This document shows positions 9,068 to 18,811 of a DNA stretch of 64,000 nucleotides, one piece after another (the stretch's first letter is position 1; the number at the start of each line of letters is the position of its first letter). Source of the DNA: Candidatus Latescibacterota bacterium (GTDB taxonomy: Bacteria > Latescibacterota > UBA2968). The notes beneath the pieces were generated by a model. The model worked only from the letters and a program-made list of their open reading frames with translations. It had not been told where the DNA came from and ran no database searches. Location: assembly GCA_965116885.1 (NCBI GenBank), contig OZ220741.1, forward strand, positions 1,504,001 through 1,568,000. Direction: 5' to 3'. The position numbers were made by a program, and so were the translations under genes.

Positions 9068-9679
9068 ATGTCCAATCGCTATCCCATTCCTGCCGAGACA
9101 TGCCGCGTAGAGGACGAAATTAAGCGTAGTCGATTTATTACGACGTTGGCACATACATCGGCACGAGAAGACGCTCTAATATTTATCGATCAAATTCGCG
9201 CCGAATTTGCAGATGCTTCACACAATTGTTGGGCATTCCTGATCGGGCCACCAGGCACGACGGGCAATGTGGGGATGAGCGATGATGGAGAGCCGCACGG
9301 TACGGCGGGTCGTCCTATGCTGACTGTGCTGACGCATTCGGGGCTGGGCGATGTGGTAGTGGTGGTGACGCGGTACTTTGGTGGGACAAAGTTGGGCAAG
9401 GGCGGACTTGTGCGGGCTTATTCAGGCGGGGTGCAGCACGCGCTTGAGAAGGTTCAATGTACGGAGCGCGTGACGCGGGTCGCTGTTTTGGCGACGATTG
9501 GTTATGCAGCTTATGAATCTTTCAAGCGGTTGCTTCCGGATTTTGAAGTGCGTGTTGTCGCTGAAGATTTTGGGACTGATATTACATGTGAACTGGCTGT
9601 GCCTGAAGAACAGGTTGGACCTTTCAAACAGGCGGTGGGGGATCTGACCAGGGGACAGGCACAGGTTGAGGAGGTGTGA
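9068..9679 (+). CDS. yigZ: YigZ/IMPACT family protein
   Basis: IKRSRF, ASHNCWA, SDDGEPHGTAG, VTRYFGGTKLGKGGLVRAY. Confidence 0.93.
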   Translation: MSNRYPIPAETCRVEDEIKRSRFITTLAHTSAREDALIFIDQIRAEFADASHNCWAFLIGPPGTTGNVGMSDDGEPHGTAGRPMLTVLTHSGLGDVVVVVTRYFGGTKLGKGGLVRAYSGGVQHALEKVQCTERVTRVAVLATIGYAAYESFKRLLPDFEVRVVAEDFGTDITCELAVPEEQVGPFKQAVGDLTRGQAQVEEV

Positions 9680-9687
9680 GGTGCGTA

Positions 9688-10857
9688 TTATGGTTTATCG
9701 CGCAATAAGTTTGGCAAGCGGGTGTTGGGATTGATGCCGATGGCGTGTTTGCCGTTTAAGAGTGCGATCAGGTCTGCGCCTAAAAATTCGCGTCGCCAAC
9801 CTGTGTGCAACGGATTATCCGTCGCATTTTTTGGGGGGGAAATAAATTCTTTGACTTCTGATCGCGATGCGACCATTGTGATGTCGATTCCTTCTGATAG
9901 ACATCGTCCGCGCATAAATGCCATGGCGAGATCGAGACGTGCATCTTCAAAGGGATCGGGTCGCACAGGTGGCGATATGGATGGGCAATTTTTTTCGTCG
10001 ATTGTCAATCCGCGCTGTACAGCTTTGAGGAGGCTGTTGCTGTGCTGATTTATGGATGATCTTGAGATACCCCGCAATCGTTTTAGCGACTGAATTGATT
10101 GCGGTTTGCGCCGGGCAATTTGCACGAGCGCATCATCCCTTATGATCCAGGCTCTGGGGCGGTCTGCCTGTCGGGCCTTTTGTTCGCGCCAGGCCGCCAG
10201 TTCGCGCACGATGGCCATGTCGCGCCTTGACAGTCGTCCTGTGCCTTTTACGCGCGTGTATTGTTCTTCGGGTGCGCGGTCGTCGTACAATTTGGCAACA
10301 TCGTACTGGCGGAGTTCTTCTGCCAACCAGTTTTCTCGGTCTCGTCTCTGTATTTCGGTCAGGAGATGTTCGCGAAGGGCGGGCAAATAGCGCACGTCAT
10401 TCAGGGCATAGGCGTGCTGATTATCCGATAATGGTCGCCTCAACCAGTCTGTGCGCGTTTCTGTTTTGGGTAATTGTATATTGAGACGCATGCGCAATAA
10501 ATTGCCCAGCGATAGGGTTGAACTCAAACCCGCGAAGCCCGCTGCACAACGCGTGTCAAATATATTGCAGGGTACCGCATCAGTTATCCGCCTCAAGATC
10601 CAGAGGTCTTGCTGTGCATCGTGCAAAATTTTCACGGTGTGGGGGTCTGATAATAAGATCCCCAGAGGCGATAGATCCGATAATGTGACGGCATCTATCA
10701 GGTGGCAATCATTTTCTGAAAATCCCACCTGTACAATGCCCAGGCGCGGATAATAGGTTTGTTCCCAGACAAATTCTGTATCAATGCCCACACAGGGCGC
10801 GTCCAGGGCGCGGTTGACAAGGGTTTCGAGCGCGTCGGGTGTATTGATTAGTGGCAT
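9688..10857 (-). CDS. rnd: Ribonuclease D
   Basis: GIDTEF, KILHDAQQD, IFDT, TDWLRRPL, YALNDV, HRDC region, GWRRE. Confidence 0.92.
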   Translation of the reverse strand: MPLINTPDALETLVNRALDAPCVGIDTEFVWEQTYYPRLGIVQVGFSENDCHLIDAVTLSDLSPLGILLSDPHTVKILHDAQQDLWILRRITDAVPCNIFDTRCAAGFAGLSSTLSLGNLLRMRLNIQLPKTETRTDWLRRPLSDNQHAYALNDVRYLPALREHLLTEIQRRDRENWLAEELRQYDVAKLYDDRAPEEQYTRVKGTGRLSRRDMAIVRELAAWREQKARQADRPRAWIIRDDALVQIARRKPQSIQSLKRLRGISRSSINQHSNSLLKAVQRGLTIDEKNCPSISPPVRPDPFEDARLDLAMAFMRGRCLSEGIDITMVASRSEVKEFISPPKNATDNPLHTGWRREFLGADLIALLNGKHAIGINPNTRLPNLLRDKP

Positions 10858-10936
10858 GAGGAATCCGTTCTGGTTAATGTGTTGAGATCAAGGTATCACA
10901 TCACGCGCTTAATATCAAGCACTGAAAGGAGTCTGT

Positions 10937-11848
10937 ATGAACCATCGACAACTTGGCAAAGACGGTGCCGACATCCCGGTTATTGGCCTGGGTGCCTGGC
11001 CCATTGGCGGCGGTATGGGCAATATGGGCGATAGGGATAGTATTGATACTGTGCGTACTGCTATTGACAGCGGTATTACTCTGCTCGACACTGCACAGGC
11101 ATATCGCACGAGCGAAGCCACGTTGGGCAGAGCGCTCAAAGATGGCTATCGCGAGCGGTGCTTTCTCGCGACGAAAGTCAGTCGTCAATATTCTCGCGGG
11201 GATATTGAAAGCGCGATGGAAAATAGTCTGCGAAATCTCGATGTCGATTACGTAGATTTGTATCAAATCCACAGTTGGAACCCGCAATATCCTATTGAAG
11301 AGAGCATGGAAACTATGGCCCGGTTGCAAGAACAGGGCAAGACGCGCTTTATCGGGGTTTCCAATTTCAACGCCGCACAGATGCAACAGGCGTACGATAT
11401 TGCGCCATTTCACTCGAATCAACCGCGCTACAATATGTTTGACCGGAATATTGAAGCCGAAGACCTGGGTTTTTGCAGACAAACGGGTATTGGTATCCTC
11501 GCCCACAGTCCCCTGGGAAAAGGTTTGCTTACGGGCAAATACGCGCCTGGCCATGTTTTTTCGGAAGACGACGAGCGCGCCGGTTCGCCTCGCTTTCAAG
11601 GCGATCTTTTTGCCGGTTATCTCGCAGTGGCAGATGAGTTAAAATCCGTTGCTGCCGATAAAAATATTACGATGGTCCAACTCGCCATCGCCTGGCTTCT
11701 TCGCCGCGAGGAAGTCACATGTGTGCTCGTTGGCGCGAAAAATTCCGATCAGGTCAAAGAACATGTCGGCGCAGCAGATGTCGCGTTTTCGGATGATGAG
11801 TTGGAACGTATCGAGAAGATTTTGCAAGATACGCCGAGCGGCTTTTAG
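10937..11848 (+). CDS. Aldo/keto reductase
   Basis: GLGAW, DTAQAY, ATK, DLYQIH, IGVSNF, SPLGKGLL. Confidence 0.92.
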   Translation: MNHRQLGKDGADIPVIGLGAWPIGGGMGNMGDRDSIDTVRTAIDSGITLLDTAQAYRTSEATLGRALKDGYRERCFLATKVSRQYSRGDIESAMENSLRNLDVDYVDLYQIHSWNPQYPIEESMETMARLQEQGKTRFIGVSNFNAAQMQQAYDIAPFHSNQPRYNMFDRNIEAEDLGFCRQTGIGILAHSPLGKGLLTGKYAPGHVFSEDDERAGSPRFQGDLFAGYLAVADELKSVAADKNITMVQLAIAWLLRREEVTCVLVGAKNSDQVKEHVGAADVAFSDDELERIEKILQDTPSGF

Positions 11849-11858
11849 GAGGTTTATC

Positions 11859-12683
11859 ATGATTATTGATCCCCATCTCCATGTATGGAGCGATGACGAA
11901 GAAACCTATCCCTATGGTCCCAGCCAACCCCATGAGGCGGGTTCGGTCGAGCTTTTGTTTGAGACGATGACGGATGCAGGGGTGGATAAAGCGGTTATTG
12001 TTCAGCCGATCCACTATCTTTTTGATAATCGGTATGTGGCCGATTGTCTCAAGCGGTATCCGGATAAACTCGCGGCGCAGGCACTTGTGGATCCCACGTC
12101 ACCCGATGCTGCGGATGAGCTGGAGCGTTTGCACAGGGAAGAGGGTTTTGGCGGGATGCGTATTCATTTGTCGCGTTATGGAGACCCTAAAGGTCTGGCG
12201 GCGTCTGATAAAGATCCGCTGTGGGCGCGTGCCCGAGATCTGGGCCTGTGTTTTAATCTGTTTGGCGGGGCTGAGGATCATGCGCCCGTTGAACCCATTA
12301 TTGCCCGGTTTCCCGAGGTCAATGTTGTGGTTGATCACATTGCCGGTATTCCCGTGGATGAGCCGGATCCCAAACCCTTGCTGACCAATTTGCTCAATTG
12401 GGGACACTATCCCAATGTTCATGTCAAGATTTCCAATGTGGGACAGCGATCCAATATGCCCTATCCGCACCGCGATACGCACGATATGATCAAGCGCGTT
12501 TACGATGTGTACGGTCCGGAGCGTTTGATGTGGGGTACGGATTTTCCCCATGTGTTCAGGAGTTGTGGGTACAGAGGGTCTCTGGATTTGATACGCGACC
12601 ACATGTTCTTTAACGATGACGATCTCGAATGGATTCTATGTAAGACGATTCTCAAGCTGTGGTCTTTTGATGAGCGCGGATGA
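11859..12683 (+). CDS. Amidohydrolase family protein (Amidohydro_2)
   Basis: IIDPHLHVW, VVDH, HVKIS, LMWGTDFP; GGAGG RBS. Confidence 0.88.
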   Translation: MIIDPHLHVWSDDEETYPYGPSQPHEAGSVELLFETMTDAGVDKAVIVQPIHYLFDNRYVADCLKRYPDKLAAQALVDPTSPDAADELERLHREEGFGGMRIHLSRYGDPKGLAASDKDPLWARARDLGLCFNLFGGAEDHAPVEPIIARFPEVNVVVDHIAGIPVDEPDPKPLLTNLLNWGHYPNVHVKISNVGQRSNMPYPHRDTHDMIKRVYDVYGPERLMWGTDFPHVFRSCGYRGSLDLIRDHMFFNDDDLEWILCKTILKLWSFDERG

Positions 12684-12706
12684 GAATTCGGTGGGATTTT
12701 TCGTAA

Positions 12707-12746
12707 AATAAAAGAGCCATAACATTCAGGTGTTATGGCTCTTTTT
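12707..12746. terminator. Bidirectional intrinsic terminator
   Basis: AAAGAGCCATAACA-TTCAGG-TGTTATGGCTCTTTTT between convergent genes. Confidence 0.85.
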
Positions 12747-12757
12747 GTGGTCAATCG

Positions 12758-13588
12758 CTATCCCAGTGCTTCGAGATATTCTTCGCCTTTGTGTTCGCGC
12801 AGCCAGCTTTTGAGGGGAACATCGGCTTCTGTGGGTTGCCACCATCCTTTGACGTCTGTGCCATCGCCGAGTAGCTGGCGGCGGATGGGGTCGCATTTAT
12901 TCAGTATATTTTCGGGCATGAGGTTGTAATCCAGTCCCCGCAGCCAGCGATAGCTGTAGCCAAAGAACAATACGCGGCGCGTGACGTCGGATGTGTTAAT
13001 CCCCCGCCGGTGCCACATTCTGCGGTCAAAGAGGACGGCTGTTCCCGCCTTGACGCATACGGGCATCACATCGCATCCTTCGGGTTTTGTGTCCAGCTTA
13101 TGGCTGCGCGGCACAATTTGCATTGCGCCGTGTTCTGGCGTGTCAACATCGCTTAACCAGTAGCTGATTTTCAGGGATAGGCGCGGGTGGGGGCGTTCCA
13201 TCTCGGGCACGGGTCGCCCGCCGTCTTGATGCCAGCCGCCCTGGTGTATCTCGTCTTTCTTTTGCTCGGGTGGATATACGATTAGATGGGAGATATAGAG
13301 CTGGATATTCCATCCCAAAATATCCCATAATAGCGGGAATGTTTTGGGATTATCGAGTAATTCCAGAAAGACATCGTCTTCCACTACGGTTCGGAATTTT
13401 TTCAATAATGCATCTGGTTTCAGTCCTTTTGCCTCGCGTTCCCGCGCTTCTACCCGATCGACGGCGTCATTCAATCGCGCGAGCAAGTCGGGCGATAGGG
13501 CGTCTTCGACGATCAAATATCCCTCATCGTTAAATTGCCTGAGTTGCGCTTCTGTCGCGCAGTGTTGCAACCATTTTTTTTCGTCCAT
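12758..13588 (-). CDS. Phytanoyl-CoA dioxygenase (PhyH) family Fe/2OG dioxygenase
   Basis: GYLIVEDAL, WHQD, VPRSH, AGTAVLFDRRMWH, RRVLF. Confidence 0.9.
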   Translation of the reverse strand: MDEKKWLQHCATEAQLRQFNDEGYLIVEDALSPDLLARLNDAVDRVEAREREAKGLKPDALLKKFRTVVEDDVFLELLDNPKTFPLLWDILGWNIQLYISHLIVYPPEQKKDEIHQGGWHQDGGRPVPEMERPHPRLSLKISYWLSDVDTPEHGAMQIVPRSHKLDTKPEGCDVMPVCVKAGTAVLFDRRMWHRRGINTSDVTRRVLFFGYSYRWLRGLDYNLMPENILNKCDPIRRQLLGDGTDVKGWWQPTEADVPLKSWLREHKGEEYLEALG

Positions 13589-13643
13589 GGTTGTTCTCCT
13601 TTGGTGTGTTCACCTGTCTCCTGCACCGTATTGAGGATTCTTC

Positions 13644-13671
13644 TTCCTCCTTCACCCTTCCTCCTTCACCC
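13644..13671. repeat. Intergenic 7-bp tandem array
   Basis: TTCCTCC TTCACCC TTCCTCC TTCACCC just after the permease stop codon. Confidence 0.7.
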
Positions 13672-13674
13672 TTC

Positions 13675-15891
13675 TCACCCTCGCCTGCTGATCATGATGG
13701 TGGCACAGGTGATATTTTGTGCGAGGGCCGGTGCGAGTTGTCCAAATTGTCTGCGGTTTTTGTCAATGCGCTCCAATCCCAAAATCGTCAGATCGTGATT
13801 ATTTGCCATATCCGTAATTGCTTCGAGGGGTTTGTTGTGGCGCACCACCAGGGCATCGGCTCTGGTGGGGACTTCTTCATTTGCATATTGCGTCAGTCTG
13901 CGCTGTGCGCGGTCACACTGAAAATCACTGCTGTGTTCGGGCAATACCTGCAAAAAGGTGACTTCGCGTTTGCCCGTGCGGCACAGACTGCCCAGCAAGC
14001 GGGCGCGAAATTTGTCGTGGGCACCGAGACTTCGCGTGGGTACCAGTACGCGATGTACGTTCTTTAAGTGCCAACCCGGTGGCGCGTGCAATACCACGAC
14101 ATCACATGCCACAGAACTGATGAGTTCTTCCAAATGGGCACTGTTGACATCGCTCAAACCCAATAGTAAACTCTCGCAGCGGTGCGCGCGAGAAACCCGC
14201 ACAATCTCGGTCCAGGGTTGTGGCGCGATGGTCATCAGTGCTTCGGGTGCCATTCCAGCGGCAAACGAGGCTGTTACGGCTTCTCTGAGTACTGTCTGTG
14301 TGTCGCGCAAGGTATGAGGTGGTTCTTCCTCGCGCCACCCCTCTTCTGGGGTAGCTACTACGGACAATAGCAATACGCGTCCTACGCCCGGTGGTGCGAG
14401 CGCGTGGGCAACTGCGACCATAGCAGAGGCATTTTGAGGATTGGCCACGGGTACGAGGACCAGGGGGCTGCGACCGCGCATTTGAAGCAGTTGCGGGTCG
14501 AGAGCTTCGGCAGAGGCATCGACAACGCGTGCGCGGCGCGCCAATAATGCCCAATACAATAATCCACCCAGTCCCAGCCATACCGCCGAGATCAAGCCAG
14601 CGGTTGGCACGGATATGGCCTGAAAGAGTGCCAGTCCGGCGCAACACAAACCGCCTGTAACGGGAATGAGCGGAAATAATGGCGTGTGGAATGGTGCGGG
14701 TGTTCGCCGTCGCGTTCGGGCCAAGATGCTGGTCCAGTGCGTCATGGCAAAAGAGATGAGGAAAATCAAACTCGCCGCAGCACCGGCAGCCGCTACATCG
14801 GGCACGACCATCAGCAGGATTGCCATTGTCAGGGCACTGACACAGATTGCCGTTATGGGCGTGTTATAGCGAATGTGTACTTCGCCAATAGGTGCGGGAA
14901 GGGTGCGGTCTTGCGCCATGGTGAGGGCTACGCGGGAAGCCGCCAGCAAATTGGCCTGTAGTGCCGATAGCATGGACAAGATGGCGGCGACCAGCACGAG
15001 CCAGAAACCCGTTTCACCCAGGAAATGTCGCGCCGCGAGAGCCACTACCACTTCGGGATGGTTGGCGCTCAGGCCACCTATGGTGTGTCCAGGTGGGACA
15101 CCCACGGTCGCGATAACAAAGAGCAGGGGCAAATAAACGCCCAGAGCCGCTGCCAGCGATAATAGCATGGCCCGCGGCAATGTGCGTTCGGGGGTGCGTA
15201 CTTCGCCGGCAACGGCGGCGATGAGATCAAAACCCTGGAGAGCGATAAAAGTATATCCCATGGCTTTAAAAAATCCCGCTGTACCATGGGTGAGAAATGG
15301 GGTCAAGCTGGCGTGTATGGCCCCCAGGCTGCGGCCCGTGAGTACCCATAGACCGCCGCCGATAAGCACGGCGAAGACGGCCATTTTTGCAAAGTTGATC
15401 CAGTTGTCTCCGCCCCCGCTGGTGCGAATGAGGCCGAAGGTATAATAGGCGGTTGCGCCTATGGCCAGTGTTGCGACCATCGCCTGTCCAAGGAGCCATT
15501 CTGGTGCGACGCCAAAGAGAAGACGCACACATTCTTGTAGTGCTATCGCAGCATAGGATGCAAAGCCCATTGCGTAGAGTACGCCGGCGACGATGGATGC
15601 AAACCAGCCCACCCATCCAAAGGCGAAAGCCGCGCGTACGGATAATACGTTTTTGGCAAATGTATAGGTGCCGCCGGACTGGGGAAATGCGGTTGACATC
15701 TCGGCAAAGCTCAATGCGGTCAGTACTGCTATTAAACCATTGGCTGCGAAGACGAGCAGTGTCGCCGGTCCAGTGGTCGCATAGGCCACGCCTGCAAGTG
15801 CGAGTATGCCGCCTCCGACAATGGCGCCAATGCCCACGCCTGTCGCGCCTGCCAGACCGATGGAACGTTCTATGGCTCCCTGTTTGTTCAT
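13675..15891 (-). CDS. APC-family amino acid permease with C-terminal USP-like domains
   Basis: GAIVGGGI, AEMSTAFPQSGGTY, GFDLIAAVAGEV; VLVPVANP and CDVVV USP-like tail. Confidence 0.9.
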   Translation of the reverse strand: MNKQGAIERSIGLAGATGVGIGAIVGGGILALAGVAYATTGPATLLVFAANGLIAVLTALSFAEMSTAFPQSGGTYTFAKNVLSVRAAFAFGWVGWFASIVAGVLYAMGFASYAAIALQECVRLLFGVAPEWLLGQAMVATLAIGATAYYTFGLIRTSGGGDNWINFAKMAVFAVLIGGGLWVLTGRSLGAIHASLTPFLTHGTAGFFKAMGYTFIALQGFDLIAAVAGEVRTPERTLPRAMLLSLAAALGVYLPLLFVIATVGVPPGHTIGGLSANHPEVVVALAARHFLGETGFWLVLVAAILSMLSALQANLLAASRVALTMAQDRTLPAPIGEVHIRYNTPITAICVSALTMAILLMVVPDVAAAGAAASLIFLISFAMTHWTSILARTRRRTPAPFHTPLFPLIPVTGGLCCAGLALFQAISVPTAGLISAVWLGLGGLLYWALLARRARVVDASAEALDPQLLQMRGRSPLVLVPVANPQNASAMVAVAHALAPPGVGRVLLLSVVATPEEGWREEEPPHTLRDTQTVLREAVTASFAAGMAPEALMTIAPQPWTEIVRVSRAHRCESLLLGLSDVNSAHLEELISSVACDVVVLHAPPGWHLKNVHRVLVPTRSLGAHDKFRARLLGSLCRTGKREVTFLQVLPEHSSDFQCDRAQRRLTQYANEEVPTRADALVVRHNKPLEAITDMANNHDLTILGLERIDKNRRQFGQLAPALAQNITCATIMISRRG

Positions 15892-15895
15892 GGTT

Positions 15896-16744
15896 TTATT
15901 GTGAGGCTTTGGGAAAGTCCCCTGGGTGGTGGGGCTTGCCGTTTTCGCTCTGGACGAATTCGGGGGGAAATGCGGTGCATATTTCGCCGTTTTTCATGCC
16001 CCAGCGGTGTAGCGGACGCATGCGTCCGGCGTTGATTTTGGGGTTTGTCCATACGCCCGCAATGGCTATGCGGCTGTTTGGGCTGGGGTTTGGCGGGCTG
16101 TAATGCCACAGGCTGCTGTGCCAGCAGACCACGTCGCCCGGGTTGAGTTCGATGTGTTCTGTGCCGCATTGTTCTATGCGCGTTTTTACGAGGTCGCGAG
16201 GCAGTTCGCCGTGAATGCTGTCTTCGTACATGACGTGTTGTATGATCTCACCTTTGTGACTGCCTGGAACAAATTGCATACACCCATTTTCGCGGGTTGC
16301 CGGGTCGAGAGCCATCCAGGCATTAAAGGGTTCGGTTTCTCCGTCGCGCCAGAGGCCGTTGTCCTGATGCCAGGGTGTTGCGCTACCCGTTTTGGCGGGT
16401 TTTACAAATACGCTGTTGAATTTGACGATGATGTCGTTGCCCAGGAAATATCGCGCCATGGCGAGCATTTCTCGTCCGGCGTGAAATGTGTGCCAGATGA
16501 GGGGGGATTCGACGCAGAAATTGCCCAATTTCCGAAATCTCAGGGCGCGCGCTTCGGGGGTGTCACCCATGGGGTCCATGGGGTCTGGATTGGGGTTGCC
16601 ACTTGGTTCGGGTTTGAGCAGTTCGTTTTTTATGACGCCGCGCATGTCAAAAGCAATGCTTTCTGGGACAACGTTGTGCTCGATAAAGAATCCCTTTTCT
16701 TCCCATTGGTGTTTTTGTTCGGCGGAGGGTTTCCAATTATTCAT
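15896..16744 (-). CDS. PhyH family Fe/2OG dioxygenase
   Basis: TPWHQD, WMALD, ENGCMQFVPGSH, PGDVVCWHSSLWHYS. Confidence 0.92.
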   Translation of the reverse strand: MNNWKPSAEQKHQWEEKGFFIEHNVVPESIAFDMRGVIKNELLKPEPSGNPNPDPMDPMGDTPEARALRFRKLGNFCVESPLIWHTFHAGREMLAMARYFLGNDIIVKFNSVFVKPAKTGSATPWHQDNGLWRDGETEPFNAWMALDPATRENGCMQFVPGSHKGEIIQHVMYEDSIHGELPRDLVKTRIEQCGTEHIELNPGDVVCWHSSLWHYSPPNPSPNSRIAIAGVWTNPKINAGRMRPLHRWGMKNGEICTAFPPEFVQSENGKPHHPGDFPKASQ

Positions 16745-16902
16745 GGTATCGATCTCCTTTATGTAGAATGGAAAGACAATACAAATAATCCGACATTTCT
16801 GAGTTTGTCAAGTTTTTAGAATTGTCAGGCTATGGATTTTGAGGTTTACAGAGGTGGGGCGATCCGTTAAATTGGTTTTAAACTTAATCATGGAGGTGCG
16901 TT

Positions 16903-17814
16903 ATGCTTATTGCTACGTCGCGAACAGTGCATGCGGGCTTTGAGGATCAGGACGCTCCTGTGCAGATTGTAGAGGGCGATGTTGCCGCGCTTGCCAGGGG
17001 CGATGTTTATCGCGTTGTTGCCCTCAAGAGTGGCGATTTGTTTGTGTGTACCGAAACGGGGTCCCAGACAGTTGCTACGGGCATTGAAGAGGATATCGAG
17101 TGTTTGATTATCATTGACGAAGAACCCCTGCGCTTGCTGATCGGTACGGGAGAATCTCGTATTTATTGTTATGATGATGGGAAGACGCATCGGGTTGAGT
17201 CTTTTGACCAGTTGCCGGTGCGCGAGAAGTGGTACACGCCCTGGGGTGGTCCGCCAGATGTGCGCAGTTTTGCCAGGACAACAGATGGCTGGGTTTATGC
17301 CGATATTCACGTGGGTAGTATTATGCGTTCGGCAGATTGCGGTGAGACATGGGAACCCGTGACGCCGGATTTGCACGATGATGTGCATCAGGTGGCTACT
17401 TCGCCGCAGGACGATGACCGCGTGTATGCGAATACGGCGCGTGCGGTGTTTGTGAGCGATGACCGCGGGAGGTCGTGGTCCCACCGGTCTGAGGGTTTTC
17501 CCTATTATTACGGTCGCGCTATTGCCGTGCATCCCGATGATCCGGATTGTGTGCTGGCTACGGTGAGCAAGGGGCCACACGGAGAGGCTTCGGGCCAGCT
17601 TTACCGCTCGGATGATGCGGGTGGTACATGGGAACACGTTACAGAGGGTTTTCCAGGTACGGTTCCGCACAATATCGATACGTTTCATATTGCGTTTTCA
17701 AAGGATGGGTGTGCATGGGCTGCTGTGGATAAGACGCTTTATACGAGTGAGGATCGAGGTAAATCATGGGTGGGTGTATGGGAGGCGCAGGAGAAGATAC
17801 GGATGATTGCATGA
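16903..17814 (+). CDS. BNR/Asp-box repeat beta-propeller protein
   Basis: SADCGETW, SDDRGRSW, SDDAGGTW, SEDRGKSW Asp-boxes. Confidence 0.85.
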   Translation: MLIATSRTVHAGFEDQDAPVQIVEGDVAALARGDVYRVVALKSGDLFVCTETGSQTVATGIEEDIECLIIIDEEPLRLLIGTGESRIYCYDDGKTHRVESFDQLPVREKWYTPWGGPPDVRSFARTTDGWVYADIHVGSIMRSADCGETWEPVTPDLHDDVHQVATSPQDDDRVYANTARAVFVSDDRGRSWSHRSEGFPYYYGRAIAVHPDDPDCVLATVSKGPHGEASGQLYRSDDAGGTWEHVTEGFPGTVPHNIDTFHIAFSKDGCAWAAVDKTLYTSEDRGKSWVGVWEAQEKIRMIA

Positions 17815-17830
17815 AGACACAGGAGCATTT

Positions 17831-18805
17831 ATGGCACATCATAATTTTATCCCTACGCATTATCATACGACTATTGGATCACACGACCCGGTTCTCACCA
17901 TTGCAAGTGGCGATGCGCTTTCGACCACGACGGTTTGTGCGGGTGGCAGGGATATGACGGGCGAGCAGGTGACCGAGGGCGGCAATCCCCAGACGGGTCC
18001 TTTTTATATTGACGGTGCAGAGCCGGGGGATTCGATTTCGGTTGTGTTTGATCACCTGATGCCCAATCGGTCCCATGGCTATACGTCTGCGCGCGTTGCG
18101 CCCAATGTGCTCGATCCGGGTTATGTGCCCAAATTTGAGGATGATATTTCGCGGGTTTTATGGGCGATCGATTTTGAAAATCGCACGGCACGCCCGGTGG
18201 AGGTTTCTCGTAACCGCGACCATACCACGCCCGGTTATGGCAGTCCCGCGTCCCGTCCGTTAAGCGATCTAATTTTGCCGCTCAATCCGCATCCCGGATG
18301 TTTTGGGGTTGCGCCGCCGCGGGGTCAGGCGATTTCGACTGCGACGTCATCCACGCACGGTGGGAATATGGATTACAAGCGTTTCAACGAGGGCACGACG
18401 GTTTATTTGCCGGTTTTTGTCGAGGGCGCGCTTTTTCACATTGGCGATGGACACGCGCTTCAGGGCGATGGTGAAATTGTGGGTACGGGTATTGAAATTT
18501 CTTTTGATGTCCGTTTTACGGTTCATTTGCACAAGGGCAAAACCATCAACTGGCCGCGGGGTGAAAATGAGACGCATATTTTTACGGTTGGCAATGCCCG
18601 TCCGCTCGATCAGTGTGTCGAACATGCCACCACTGAAATGATCCGCTGGCTTGTATCGGATTTTGGGTTGGATGAGCGCACCGTGCATGTGTTACTGGGC
18701 GAGGCGGTTGAATACGATATGGGCAATATGTTTGATCCCGCTTATACTTTTGTTTGTAAAATTCCCAAGCAAGTTCTCGAAACCCTGGGCGCGTCCCGCG
18801 CGTAG
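17831..18805 (+). CDS. Acetamidase/formamidase family protein
   Basis: TGPFYIDGAEPGD, HGGNMD, GDGHALQGDGEIVGTGIE. Confidence 0.92.
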   Translation: MAHHNFIPTHYHTTIGSHDPVLTIASGDALSTTTVCAGGRDMTGEQVTEGGNPQTGPFYIDGAEPGDSISVVFDHLMPNRSHGYTSARVAPNVLDPGYVPKFEDDISRVLWAIDFENRTARPVEVSRNRDHTTPGYGSPASRPLSDLILPLNPHPGCFGVAPPRGQAISTATSSTHGGNMDYKRFNEGTTVYLPVFVEGALFHIGDGHALQGDGEIVGTGIEISFDVRFTVHLHKGKTINWPRGENETHIFTVGNARPLDQCVEHATTEMIRWLVSDFGLDERTVHVLLGEAVEYDMGNMFDPAYTFVCKIPKQVLETLGASRA

Positions 18806-18811
18806 TGTGCG

